Positions 35,104 through 44,959 of a DNA stretch of 63,188 bases are shown in pieces. This DNA comes from a bacterium (GTDB taxonomy: Bacteria > SZUA-182 > SZUA-191 > JAJRXT01). The position numbers and the translations under genes were made by a program. The DNA lies in assembly GCA_024277675.1 (NCBI GenBank), contig JAJRUS010000030.1:1-63188 (forward strand), written 5' to 3'. The notes below the pieces were generated by a model. The model saw only the letters and a program-made list of their open reading frames with translations, searched no databases and was not told where the DNA came from. Positions within the stretch are counted from its first letter, which is position 1. Each line of letters opens with the position of its first letter.

Positions 35104-36231
35104 ATGCCCAGACTGCGCATCCTGCATACCAATTTCCATAAATACATGGTGGGGGAATCTAAAAGGATACTGGCCAATGTATATGGCCTGCACCAGTGCG
35201 GCCATTATGTAGTCTTGGCTTCACCGCCCGAATCAGCGGTTATTAAGCAAGCTAAAGAGATGGGCCTGCATACCTTTACCGAAGTGCAATTTAACAGCGG
35301 TTTTCGGCCATTAAGTTTTTTAAAGGATATGCTGGCCCTGAAGCGCTTGATTGAGCAAGACAAAATAAACATTGTGCATACCCACGGCTCCAAGGATAGC
35401 TGGAGCGGGGCGTTGGCCGCCCGGCTGGCAGTTGGAAATGTTCGGGTCGCAAGAACCAGGCATAATCATTATCCGGTAAGCCGGCACCTGTTTAACAAGT
35501 GGTTATACCGGCGGCTTACCCATAGATTAGTGGCCATTTCTGAATATATTAAAGCCGGTTTTACCAGGGACAATTTCATCCCTGAAGGAAAAATATCGCT
35601 TATATATAGTGCAGTGGATGTAGCTGAATATAACCCATTACAAGATGGGCGGGTTTTTAGAGCGGAACTCGGTATATCCGGGGATGAACAACTGGTGGGC
35701 ATGGTAGCCTTTATCATCCCCCGTAAAGGGCATGAATATTTTTTAGCGGCAGCCATAAAAATTTTGCAGGCTGAAAAAACCAAAGTCAAATTTGTAATTG
35801 TGGGGGATGGAAATGATGCGCTGGAGGCGGAGTTAAAGCAAAAAGTACAGCAGGCGGGATTATCCCGGCGAATCTTATTTACCGGTTTTCGTAAAGACAT
35901 TAAATCAGTGCTGGCCGGACTGGATATCTTTGTGCTGCCCACCCTGGAAGAGGCGCTGGGGCTGGCCTTTGTCGAAGCGCTGGCCATGAAAAAACCGGTA
36001 GTTGCCACCCAGGTGGGCGGGGTGCCTGAGATAGTCCGCCATCATGAAACCGGGTTGCTGGTGCCGCCCAGGAATGCGGATAGTTTAGCAGAAGCTATTA
36101 CCAGCTTGCTGCATGATAAGAAACTGGCTGGCCGGTTGGCTGAAAACGGCAGGCGACTGGTTGAAGCTGAATTTTCCACCAAGGCGCTGGTCGAAAAAAC
36201 CGCAAAGCTATATCAGGAAATATTAAACTAA
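35104..36231 (+). CDS. GT4 glycosyltransferase
   Basis: HTHGSKDSW; EALGLAFVEALA...VGGVPEIV. Confidence 0.92.
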   Translation: MPRLRILHTNFHKYMVGESKRILANVYGLHQCGHYVVLASPPESAVIKQAKEMGLHTFTEVQFNSGFRPLSFLKDMLALKRLIEQDKINIVHTHGSKDSWSGALAARLAVGNVRVARTRHNHYPVSRHLFNKWLYRRLTHRLVAISEYIKAGFTRDNFIPEGKISLIYSAVDVAEYNPLQDGRVFRAELGISGDEQLVGMVAFIIPRKGHEYFLAAAIKILQAEKTKVKFVIVGDGNDALEAELKQKVQQAGLSRRILFTGFRKDIKSVLAGLDIFVLPTLEEALGLAFVEALAMKKPVVATQVGGVPEIVRHHETGLLVPPRNADSLAEAITSLLHDKKLAGRLAENGRRLVEAEFSTKALVEKTAKLYQEILN

Positions 36232-36248
36232 AAGGAATTAGTTTTAAA

Positions 36249-37376
36249 TTGCGCATTTTGCAGCTAATAAGCAGCGCCAAATGGACCGGGGCCGCCGATC
36301 CTGCGGTAAATCTGGCTAAAGGACTAAGGCTTAGGGGGCATGAGGTATATCTGGGCTGTATCCCCGGCCGCTCTTTGTCCAAACAAGCCATGAAGCTGGG
36401 CATACAGCCTTTGTATGATTTTGAGTTAAATACCAATAATCCCTTAACTGTAATAGCGGATATAAAAAACTTAAACCGCTTTATTTCCGCCAGACAATTA
36501 GATATCCTGCATCTGCATTTATCGCATGATCACTGGTTGGGCGCCCTGGCGGCAAAATGCAGCGGGTCAGGGGTTAAGGTGGTCAGAACATTGCACCGGC
36601 TTAACAAGCTGCGCATTGACCCCATACACAAGTATTTATTTAAAAACTTAACTGATTTTACCATCACCCTGTCTGCTGCCGCCCGGCAAAAATTAATCCA
36701 GGCGGTGGGTTTATCCACAAATCAGGTGGCCACCATTTATGGCGGAGTGGATGAGGTCAGGTTTAATCCGAAAATATCGGGACATGCTATCCGTAAGCGG
36801 CTGGGATTAGTTGAAGATACTCCCCTGATAGGGCTGGTATCCCATCTACATGAAAACCGGGGACACAAACAGGCGTTGGCTGCCTTTCCCCATATAAAAA
36901 AACTGGCCCCCGAAGCCAAACTGATATTTTTGGGTGAAACCGATGAGCCTTATTACAGCCGGCTGAAAAAACAAGTACAGGACATGGGATTAACACAGGA
37001 TGTTAAGTTTGTGGTGGATGGTAACGCAGATGAATGGCCTGAACATGTAGCCATGTTGGATGTAGTCATGTATCTTGCGCCGGGATCTGAGGATTCGGCG
37101 CGGGCGGTAGTGGAGGCTATGGCGCTGGGCAAGCCGGTGGTAGCTATTGATGTGGGCGCTATTCCTGAAATAGTAGCGCCCGAAAAAACGGGGCTGATAA
37201 TACAGGATTTGCAACCCCAGACTATAGCCGGGGCGGTGAGTTACTCACTCACTCATCCCAATGAGGCAAAAAAGTGGGGGCAAGCCGGCCGGAAACAAAT
37301 AGAAGCCCGATTTACTAATCAACTGCGGGCGCAACATACCGAACAGGTTTATGTTAAGTTATGTCAAGAAACTTGA
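36249..37376 (+). CDS. GT4 glycosyltransferase
   Basis: SSAKWTGAAD; SEDSARAVVEAMALG. Confidence 0.9.
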   Translation: MRILQLISSAKWTGAADPAVNLAKGLRLRGHEVYLGCIPGRSLSKQAMKLGIQPLYDFELNTNNPLTVIADIKNLNRFISARQLDILHLHLSHDHWLGALAAKCSGSGVKVVRTLHRLNKLRIDPIHKYLFKNLTDFTITLSAAARQKLIQAVGLSTNQVATIYGGVDEVRFNPKISGHAIRKRLGLVEDTPLIGLVSHLHENRGHKQALAAFPHIKKLAPEAKLIFLGETDEPYYSRLKKQVQDMGLTQDVKFVVDGNADEWPEHVAMLDVVMYLAPGSEDSARAVVEAMALGKPVVAIDVGAIPEIVAPEKTGLIIQDLQPQTIAGAVSYSLTHPNEAKKWGQAGRKQIEARFTNQLRAQHTEQVYVKLCQET

Positions 37377-38482
37377 GTATATTACAAATAATATCCAAGG
37401 CAAGCATAAGCAGCGGCGGGCCTCGACAGGCGTATCAACTGGCGAACGAATTGGCTGAACGGGAACACCGGCTGAGCTTTGTGTGTCGGCCACTGGTACA
37501 CAGCCTGGAAGATGTACCTAACAGCAAGGTAAAGTTAGTCGAAATTGGGATGAGAAATGAGTTTGACCTGTCTTCCATTAGGGCATTATACAAATTAATG
37601 AAAAAAGAAAAAACCGATGTAGTGCATGTACATAAAGGGTTGGCCCATTCGCTGGCTTACCCGGCGGCCTGTTTAGCCAGGGTGCCCGTATTTATAGTCA
37701 ACCGGGGGGTAAGCTTTCCGCTGGATATGTTTAATCGAATCAAATATAAATGGAAGAGGATCAGCAAAATTGTGGCCGTATCCGAAGAGGTCAGGCAAAT
37801 ATTAATTAAAAGTGGTAAAATTGACCCTCAAAAGATTGCAGTCATCTATGGCGGTACGGATTTAGCCGTATTTGACTGGCGCATCAAGCCTGGCGGAGTG
37901 CGGGAAGAGTTCGGCATCAAGCCCGGCGATACACTTATCGGCGTTATTGCCGATATTCGCAAATGGAAGGGGCATATTACCCTGCTTAAAGCCGCCCGCC
38001 AACTGCTGAGCCTGTATCCGGATACGATTTTCCTGCTGGCGGGCAGGGATGATAATGCCTGGGCTGATGAGTTAAAGCAAAAGACAGCGGAGTGGGGGCT
38101 TGAAAAGAAGGTGATATTTGCCGGTTATCGCCGGGATATACCTCGCTTGCTTGCGACTATGGATTTTACCGTAAATTGTTCTACTTCCGGAGAGGGATTA
38201 ACCGGCGCCCTGCGGGAATCGCTGGCTATGAAAAAACCGGCGGTCGCTACCGATATTGGCGGTAATCGCGAGTTGATAATAAATCGGCAAACCGGCCTGC
38301 TGATCCCCCCTGACCGACCCCAGGCGTTGGTAGAAGCAGTTAGCTATTTTATAGAAAATCCTGCTGAGCGGTGCAGCATGGGGGAGGTAGGTTATAAAAT
38401 GGTCAGAGAAAGATTCACCGTCTCGGCCCGAATATCCAAACTGGAAAACCTCTATCATGAACTACTGGCCCAACAGGATTAA
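37361..38482 (+). CDS. GT4 glycosyltransferase
   Basis: GEGLTGALRESLAM...DIGGNREL. Confidence 0.9.
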   Translation: MSRNLSILQIISKASISSGGPRQAYQLANELAEREHRLSFVCRPLVHSLEDVPNSKVKLVEIGMRNEFDLSSIRALYKLMKKEKTDVVHVHKGLAHSLAYPAACLARVPVFIVNRGVSFPLDMFNRIKYKWKRISKIVAVSEEVRQILIKSGKIDPQKIAVIYGGTDLAVFDWRIKPGGVREEFGIKPGDTLIGVIADIRKWKGHITLLKAARQLLSLYPDTIFLLAGRDDNAWADELKQKTAEWGLEKKVIFAGYRRDIPRLLATMDFTVNCSTSGEGLTGALRESLAMKKPAVATDIGGNRELIINRQTGLLIPPDRPQALVEAVSYFIENPAERCSMGEVGYKMVRERFTVSARISKLENLYHELLAQQD

Positions 38483-38520
38483 TTTGTTCGGCGGGAAAAT
38501 CACTCATGAGAGGATAGCAT

Positions 38521-38781
38521 ATGGACTATAAAACAATTTGGTTGGCAATAGGTTTTGGAGGACAGCTTTTGTTTTCCCTGCGCTTTTTGGTACAATGGAT
38601 TGCCAGCGAACGGTCTAAAAAAAGCGTGATTCCGATATCTTTTTGGTACTTAAGTATTGCCGGAGGCTTAACTCTTTTAGCTTATGCTATCTGGCGCCGG
38701 GATCCGGTGTTCATTCTGGGTCAGAGCACCGGCTGTTTTATATATGCCCGTAATCTGTATCTTATCCGTCACGCAGGTTAG
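38521..38781 (+). CDS. Lipid A biosynthesis N-terminal (LAB_N) domain membrane protein
   Basis: GFGGQLLFSLRFLVQWIASE..KKSVIPISFWYLS..RRDPVFILGQ..IYARNL. Confidence 0.92.
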   Translation: MDYKTIWLAIGFGGQLLFSLRFLVQWIASERSKKSVIPISFWYLSIAGGLTLLAYAIWRRDPVFILGQSTGCFIYARNLYLIRHAG

Positions 38782-38787
38782 GAGATT

Positions 38788-40050
38788 ATGTTGAGCTTGG
38801 GTAGAAAACAGTTATTGGCTGGGTTAGTATTTTTAATCCTGATTTTCAGCATTGATTTAGCCTATCATATGAAAACGGGCAAGGTGCGTACCGATTTCAA
38901 GTATCATTATCTGGCCACCAGAGTCCTGTTGGATGGTGGGGATATTTACAATGTGGCGCAAGTAGGTTTAAAGTTCAAATATTTTCCCACCAATGCGGTA
39001 CTTTTTACTGTATTTGGCATCTGGCCCGTATATGTGGCTCAAAGCCTGTGGTTCACCTTCAACCTGGGAATGGTGTTTATTCTTTTTTATATGGTATATC
39101 GGATGATAAGCCCGGTTTCGTCAAGGGGATGGTTTATATCCATAATTTTATTTGCCAGTTTCATCTGGGTAAACCTGAAATTGGGTCAAGTAAATTTTGT
39201 CGTTTTTTTCCTTACGGTTGCCGGATTATATCATTTCTCCCGCCGCAGAAATTTTGGGGCGGGCTTTATTATCGGTTTGGCGGCGGTATTGAAGTTTATG
39301 CCGATTTTCTTTGGGGTATATTTTTTATGGAAGCGCCAGTGGCGGGTGGTTTATGGCCTGCTGGTAAGTTTAGTTTTCTTTTTGCTGATTTTGCCGTTAC
39401 TTGCCATGGGGCCGAGCTATTACTACCAGATGATGCAGCGTTATGTGGCCGAGGGAAGCAACCGGGTGAGCCAGATGAGCGGCAGTAACACGGTTTACGG
39501 CCAATCAGTTCAAGTACTTACCTATGCCTTGCTACACCGGACAGATAAGACCCCGGCCTTTCGTGAGGGGCCGAACTATATAAACCTTACCGAACTGGGG
39601 CATTCACGGGCTAAAGCTATCGCCCTGTCGTTGAGCGCCTTGTGGATCGTACTCGCCCTGTGGGCTACCCGAAAGAGCATATCTCATAACAATATGGCTG
39701 TATGGCTGTGGGAGTTTTGTATCGTATTTACCCTGATGTTGCTGGTCAGCCCGGAGGCACGGGAGGCTCATTTTTTAACCCTGTATTTCCCCTATAGCGT
39801 GTTGATTGCGGTGGCGGCCTGGGCAAAGGAAAAAGGGGAACTTAGCTGGAGCACAGGCTACCGGTTTTTAATCAGCATGCTGGGTATATGCTACATGCTA
39901 CTGCTGATGAAACACCAATCACTGTTTGGCGCCCGGTTTTCCACCACTGCCCTGGCCTATTCGGTAATGGGAATATCCAGCCTGATTATATTTTTATATC
40001 TGATAGTCAATCACCCTCTGGCTCAGCGGATAGAATATGCAGCAGAGTAA
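38788..40050 (+). CDS. GT87 (DUF2029) polyprenyl-phosphate-sugar-dependent glycosyltransferase
   Basis: DFKYHY...GGDIY, FKYFP, NLKLGQVN, LKFMP; multi-TM. Confidence 0.8.
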   Translation: MLSLGRKQLLAGLVFLILIFSIDLAYHMKTGKVRTDFKYHYLATRVLLDGGDIYNVAQVGLKFKYFPTNAVLFTVFGIWPVYVAQSLWFTFNLGMVFILFYMVYRMISPVSSRGWFISIILFASFIWVNLKLGQVNFVVFFLTVAGLYHFSRRRNFGAGFIIGLAAVLKFMPIFFGVYFLWKRQWRVVYGLLVSLVFFLLILPLLAMGPSYYYQMMQRYVAEGSNRVSQMSGSNTVYGQSVQVLTYALLHRTDKTPAFREGPNYINLTELGHSRAKAIALSLSALWIVLALWATRKSISHNNMAVWLWEFCIVFTLMLLVSPEAREAHFLTLYFPYSVLIAVAAWAKEKGELSWSTGYRFLISMLGICYMLLLMKHQSLFGARFSTTALAYSVMGISSLIIFLYLIVNHPLAQRIEYAAE

Positions 40051-40768
40051 CCCCCGGATAGAGCTTTCAATCGTCTTGCCGGTTTACAACGAACTGGAAA
40101 ACCTGCCTTTACTGACCCGGGAGTTACACAACGTTATCCAGGGCTTAACCTATACTACCGAGATTATCATGGTTAACGACGGCAGCACCGACGGCAGCCT
40201 GGAGGAAATGCAACGCTTGCGGGATATGTACCAGGATTTGAATATCCGTATTATCTGCCTGGATAAAAATCACGGCTTAACCGCCGCCCTGGCCGCCGGC
40301 TTCGAACGGGCGCGGGGTGACTGGATAGTAAGCCTGGACGCCGACCTGCAGAACGACCCGGCCGACATTCCCAAGCTGCTGACCCATGTTCCCGAATACG
40401 ATGTAGTAATCGGCTGGCGCCAAGTCCGCCATGACAACCTTGTCAGAAAAATTTCTTCTGTAATTGCCAATACCATAAGAAATCTGACCACTCATGAAAC
40501 AGTAAAAGATGTTGGTTGTACATTAAAAGTGTATAAGAAGGAATACCTGGATAAACTCAAGCTCTATAACGGCCTGCACCGCTTCTTGCCCACCTTGCTC
40601 AAGCTGGAAGGCGCCCGGGTGACAGAGGTAGCGGTAAACCACCGCCCCAGAATCCATGGCAAGCCCAAATATAATATATCAAACCGGTTGTTTGCCAGCT
40701 TAAAAGACTTATTCGCCGTGCGCTGGATGCAGAAAAGACAACTGAAATACACCGATAAAGAGCTGTAA
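40037..40768 (+). CDS. GT2 polyprenyl-phosphate glycosyltransferase (ArnC/Dpm1-like)
   Basis: VLPVYNE, NDGSTDGS, LDADLQNDPADIP, DVGCTLK, GLHRFLP, HRPR..GKPKY. Confidence 0.9.
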   Translation: MQQSNPRIELSIVLPVYNELENLPLLTRELHNVIQGLTYTTEIIMVNDGSTDGSLEEMQRLRDMYQDLNIRIICLDKNHGLTAALAAGFERARGDWIVSLDADLQNDPADIPKLLTHVPEYDVVIGWRQVRHDNLVRKISSVIANTIRNLTTHETVKDVGCTLKVYKKEYLDKLKLYNGLHRFLPTLLKLEGARVTEVAVNHRPRIHGKPKYNISNRLFASLKDLFAVRWMQKRQLKYTDKEL

Positions 40769-41908
40769 TTGGGGCTGATGAATAAGAAAAATGCCTTACA
40801 TATAATAACCCAATTGCCCGGCGGAGGGGTGGAGCAACTCTTAGTAGACCTGCTACCACAATTAAACCGGGATTCTTTCAACATGAGTGTGTGCTGTATT
40901 CATAAGCGGGGCAAGCTGGCAGATATAATAGCAGCGCAAGGAATTCCGGTACGGCTGATAAAACTTAAAAACCGCTGGGACCCGCTGGGAATTTATCGAC
41001 TGGTGCGGCTGATGCAAAGGGAGGAGATAAAAATTGTGCATACACATATGTATGCCAGCAGCATCTCCGGCGTAGCGGCGGCTAAGTTAGCCAAAGCTCC
41101 GGTTAGCATTGTAAATATGCACTCATTACATGAATGGCGATCCGACAGTCGTATACGGATGGCGACCAGATTGTTTAGTACGGTGGATAAGGTGGTGGCG
41201 GTTTCTGATAGTATACGGCGAGACCTGCTGCAAAAACTGGGGCTTGAAGCGAATAAGCTAATAACTATAGCTAACGGGGTGGATTTGGCCAGGTTTACTG
41301 AAACCACGGATGCAGCAAGCCAAAAACGGCAACTGGGCATAAAGCCGACTGAGTTTGTAATCGGAGCTGTCGGCCGCTTAGTGTGTTTTAAGGGCTTTAA
41401 TTATTTGTTGGAAGCCGCTAAAATTATTAATTCGCAGCTACCCAATTTCAAACTGGTTATTGTAGGCGGGGGAGAGTTAGAGCAAACGTTAAAACAAAAG
41501 GCTCAAACACTGGGGATCATGGATAAAGTAATATTCAGCGGTCGACAGAATAATGTAGTCCCTTTTTTAGCCGGCTTCGATATAGCCGTACTTCCTTCCA
41601 TCAGCGAGGGCTTCGGCATAGCCGCACTGGAAGCCATGGCTATGGGAAAAGCGGTGGTAGCCAGCCGGGTGGGCGGTATACCGGAAGTGGTCGAAGCTGG
41701 AATTACCGGATTATTGGTGCCTGCTGAAGATGCGGCTGCGCTGGCAGAGGCAATCATCAAGTTATTAAATACTCCTGAATTGAGGAAAAGCATGGGCCAG
41801 GCCGGTAGAATCCGGGTGGAGAAATTTTTCAGCATGCAGCGGGTATTTGAGCAAACCGCCAATTTATATAGAACACTACTCCGGGAAAAGGGAATATATG
41901 AAAATTAA
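40769..41908 (+). CDS. GT4 glycosyltransferase
   Basis: GGVEQ; EGFGIAALEAMA...VGGIPEVV. Confidence 0.92.
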   Translation: MGLMNKKNALHIITQLPGGGVEQLLVDLLPQLNRDSFNMSVCCIHKRGKLADIIAAQGIPVRLIKLKNRWDPLGIYRLVRLMQREEIKIVHTHMYASSISGVAAAKLAKAPVSIVNMHSLHEWRSDSRIRMATRLFSTVDKVVAVSDSIRRDLLQKLGLEANKLITIANGVDLARFTETTDAASQKRQLGIKPTEFVIGAVGRLVCFKGFNYLLEAAKIINSQLPNFKLVIVGGGELEQTLKQKAQTLGIMDKVIFSGRQNNVVPFLAGFDIAVLPSISEGFGIAALEAMAMGKAVVASRVGGIPEVVEAGITGLLVPAEDAAALAEAIIKLLNTPELRKSMGQAGRIRVEKFFSMQRVFEQTANLYRTLLREKGIYEN

Positions 41909-42671
41909 ACTCCCCATTCTTTTTTATCATAAAATTCATGAGCCAAGACCGGGTGCACGCAGTATAAACTTATATGTGCCGCCGGCCAGCTTTGAGCAAC
42001 AGTTGCGTTATTTACACAAACGAGGCTATAAAAGCATTTCCCTGAAGCAGGCTATTGAGAAAATCAGGCAGAGCAAGCCCATCGCGCCTAAATCAGTAGC
42101 CATTACCTTTGATGACGGCTATCTGGATAACTATGAATATGCCTATCCCATATTGAAAAAATACAATTTCACCGCCACCATATTTATGGTAACTGATTTT
42201 GCAGGCCGGGATAACAGTTGGCCCCACAGCAAAGAAACCCTCCCCGAACGTTTAATGTCCTGGGATAATATAAGAGAAATGGCGCAACACGGCATGTCGT
42301 TCGGCTCTCATACCTGCAATCACTGGAATTTAAATAAGCTGTCGGTAGATGAGATAAGCCGGGAGTTGGTGCGCTCTAAAAGAAAGCTGGAAAATGAATT
42401 GCAGCAAGAAGTTATCAGCTTCTGTTATCCCTATGGGGAATATAACAGCCAGGTGCTGGGACTGGTCGAACATAGCGGCTATCTGGGAGCCTGTGCCACC
42501 GAACATGGCAACCGGCATACCCCTGATGATATTTACACCCTCAAGCGGGTTTTTATCTGGCATGACACACCAATGTGGAAATTTGGCTATTACCTGAGTT
42601 CCTTTTATGATTATGAACATACCCGCAAGCAAAAACGCAAGGCGCTTAAAAAGCGGGCGGCGACAGACTGA
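41898..42671 (+). CDS. Polysaccharide deacetylase (CE4/NodB)
   Basis: ILFYHKI, ITFDDGY, FGSHTCNH, FCYPYG; likely start ATG at 41898. Confidence 0.92.
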   Translation: MKIKLPILFYHKIHEPRPGARSINLYVPPASFEQQLRYLHKRGYKSISLKQAIEKIRQSKPIAPKSVAITFDDGYLDNYEYAYPILKKYNFTATIFMVTDFAGRDNSWPHSKETLPERLMSWDNIREMAQHGMSFGSHTCNHWNLNKLSVDEISRELVRSKRKLENELQQEVISFCYPYGEYNSQVLGLVEHSGYLGACATEHGNRHTPDDIYTLKRVFIWHDTPMWKFGYYLSSFYDYEHTRKQKRKALKKRAATD

Positions 42672-43801
42672 TGACAGCCAAACTCCGAGTTATGAGAATA
42701 ATATCCGACCTGCCGGTGGGGGGGGTGGAAAATCGCCTGTTGGCTCTCTTGCCCAAGCTGCAAAACATATATGATGTCCGGATTTGTTGTATCCGGGCGC
42801 CGGGAGCGCTGGCCGATGATTTCGAACGGGCGGGTATTCCGGTTATCGTCAAGTATTTCAAGAGCAGACTGCACCCGTTCAGCCTTTATCAGTTGGCGGC
42901 TTACATGCGCCAGGAACATATCGACATAGTCCACACGCATATGTACCGGCCAAATGTATCCGGTGTCATAGCCGCCCGGCTGGCTGGGGTACCGGTGGTT
43001 ATCTCCCAGGTGCACAATGTGGAACATTGGGATAATAAACGCCAACTCCGCATGGATTCACGACTCAGCGGCTGGCGGGACAGGGTGGTGGCGGTTTCTG
43101 AAGCAGTAAGACAAGACTATATTAAGCAAACCGGCACAGCTCCCGAAAAATGCGTAGTGCTCTATAATGGTATAGACATTTCTCTGTTTGATAAAAATAA
43201 ACCGGCTGTCGATGAACGGGAACGCTGGGGCATCGGGCGGCAGGATAAAGTGGTGGGCATTATCGCCAGACTGGTACCCCAGAAAGATCATCTAACCTTT
43301 ATACAAGCCGCTCAGCATATATGCAGGGTCATTCCCCAGGTAAAATTTTTGATTGTGGGCGAAGAGGAAGGTCGTGGCGGGGTGCTGGAAAAACTTAACA
43401 TCACCATCGCTGAACTGGGATTAACCAGGCAGGTAATTTTCACCGGTACCCGAAAAAATATCGCCGAGCTGTTGGGGATTATGGATGTATCGGTGCTCAG
43501 TTCCATACGAGAGGGATTTTCCAATGTGGTATTGGAATCTATGGCTGCCGGAGTACCGATGGTGGTCACTGATGTGGGAGGGAACGCCGAGGCTATCCTG
43601 GATGGGGTAACCGGTTTTGTCGTACCGCCCCGCTCACCTCAGGCGCTGGCACAGGCAATCATTAATATATTGCAGGATGATACGCTGGCTGCATCCATGT
43701 GCCGGGCTTCCCGTGAACGGGCAAAGCTCTTCAGCCTGGATGCGATGTATGAAAACACCATAACACTCTATCAAGGCTTGTCAAATGAAAAAAATGTGTA
43801 G
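42671..43801 (+). CDS. GT4 glycosyltransferase
   Basis: GGVENR; EGFSNVVLESMAAG. Confidence 0.92.
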   Translation: MTAKLRVMRIISDLPVGGVENRLLALLPKLQNIYDVRICCIRAPGALADDFERAGIPVIVKYFKSRLHPFSLYQLAAYMRQEHIDIVHTHMYRPNVSGVIAARLAGVPVVISQVHNVEHWDNKRQLRMDSRLSGWRDRVVAVSEAVRQDYIKQTGTAPEKCVVLYNGIDISLFDKNKPAVDERERWGIGRQDKVVGIIARLVPQKDHLTFIQAAQHICRVIPQVKFLIVGEEEGRGGVLEKLNITIAELGLTRQVIFTGTRKNIAELLGIMDVSVLSSIREGFSNVVLESMAAGVPMVVTDVGGNAEAILDGVTGFVVPPRSPQALAQAIINILQDDTLAASMCRASRERAKLFSLDAMYENTITLYQGLSNEKNV

Positions 43802-44924
43802 CCATAAGCCTACGATCCTGCGCATTGCCGGCTTTAAAAAATTGGGCGGCGGGGCACAAGAACATGTGCGCCAACTTTGCCTGGGATTAACCGAATTGGG
43901 TTACCGTACCATTCTGGCCTGCCCGGATGGACCCTTCGCAACCCGGATGGAACAGGCCGGGGTGAGGGTGGAACGCATAGGCCTGCGCCGGAATATCCCC
44001 GCCATAAAAAAACTACGGGAGCTTATACTGCGGGAAAAGCCGGGAATAGTTCACAGCCACCAATATTATGCCAATAAGCGAGGTCTGATTGCGGCCAAAC
44101 TAAGCCGGGTGCCTATAATAATTACTACCTTACACCAGGATATTAATTTTGATGATTACGGCAATCATAAGATGAACTTCCCGCTTTGGACTTACAATAA
44201 GCTACTGGCTCACATTCCACATAAAATAATAACAGTCTCCGAAGCCACCCGCACCCATACCTTAGCCCAGTTAAAAGTATGCCCGGAAAAGGTCGTTACG
44301 GTACATAACGGGATAGACTTAAACAAAATTCGGGCGATACAGGATGAATACAAGCAAGCTATTATAAAGGAATTCAAACTCGTACCGGACGGAAAATACA
44401 TAGGCATAGTAGCTCGCTTAGATATGCAAAAGGGACATGAATACCTTTTTAAAGCCATTCCCTTGTTACCTGATGGACTGAACGTCAAAACACTGGTGGT
44501 AGGTGATGGATATGCTAAAGATCGCTTAAAAAAATTAACCCTTGACCTGGGGATATCAGAAAGCGTAATTTTTACCGGCTTAAGACATGATGTACCGGCA
44601 ATCATAGCCTGTATGGACGTAGTGGTATTGCCCTCATTGAATGAAGCTTTCGGCCGGGTCATTCTGGAGGCCATGGCGCTTTCCAAACCTGTGGTAACCA
44701 CTAACGTAGGCGGCTCAAGAGAGATTATTGAACAGCATAGAACAGGAATATTGGTGCCTTCCAAGAATCCCGAGGCGTTGGCTTCGGCGATTGCCGGGCT
44801 TTTAGCTAATAATGAACTCGCCAGGCATATGGGGATCGAAGGCCAAAAAAGAGTATATCAATATTTTGATTCAACCACCTTTGTAAAAAAGACAGCCACA
44901 GTTTATGAGGCTCTCCATGAATAA
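43785..44924 (+). CDS. GT4 glycosyltransferase
   Basis: GGGAQEH; EAFGRVILEAMA. Confidence 0.92.
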   Translation: MKKMCSHKPTILRIAGFKKLGGGAQEHVRQLCLGLTELGYRTILACPDGPFATRMEQAGVRVERIGLRRNIPAIKKLRELILREKPGIVHSHQYYANKRGLIAAKLSRVPIIITTLHQDINFDDYGNHKMNFPLWTYNKLLAHIPHKIITVSEATRTHTLAQLKVCPEKVVTVHNGIDLNKIRAIQDEYKQAIIKEFKLVPDGKYIGIVARLDMQKGHEYLFKAIPLLPDGLNVKTLVVGDGYAKDRLKKLTLDLGISESVIFTGLRHDVPAIIACMDVVVLPSLNEAFGRVILEAMALSKPVVTTNVGGSREIIEQHRTGILVPSKNPEALASAIAGLLANNELARHMGIEGQKRVYQYFDSTTFVKKTATVYEALHE

Positions 44925-44959
44925 CCGTCTATAAAGAAATGTTAGCGGGTTAAACTGAA

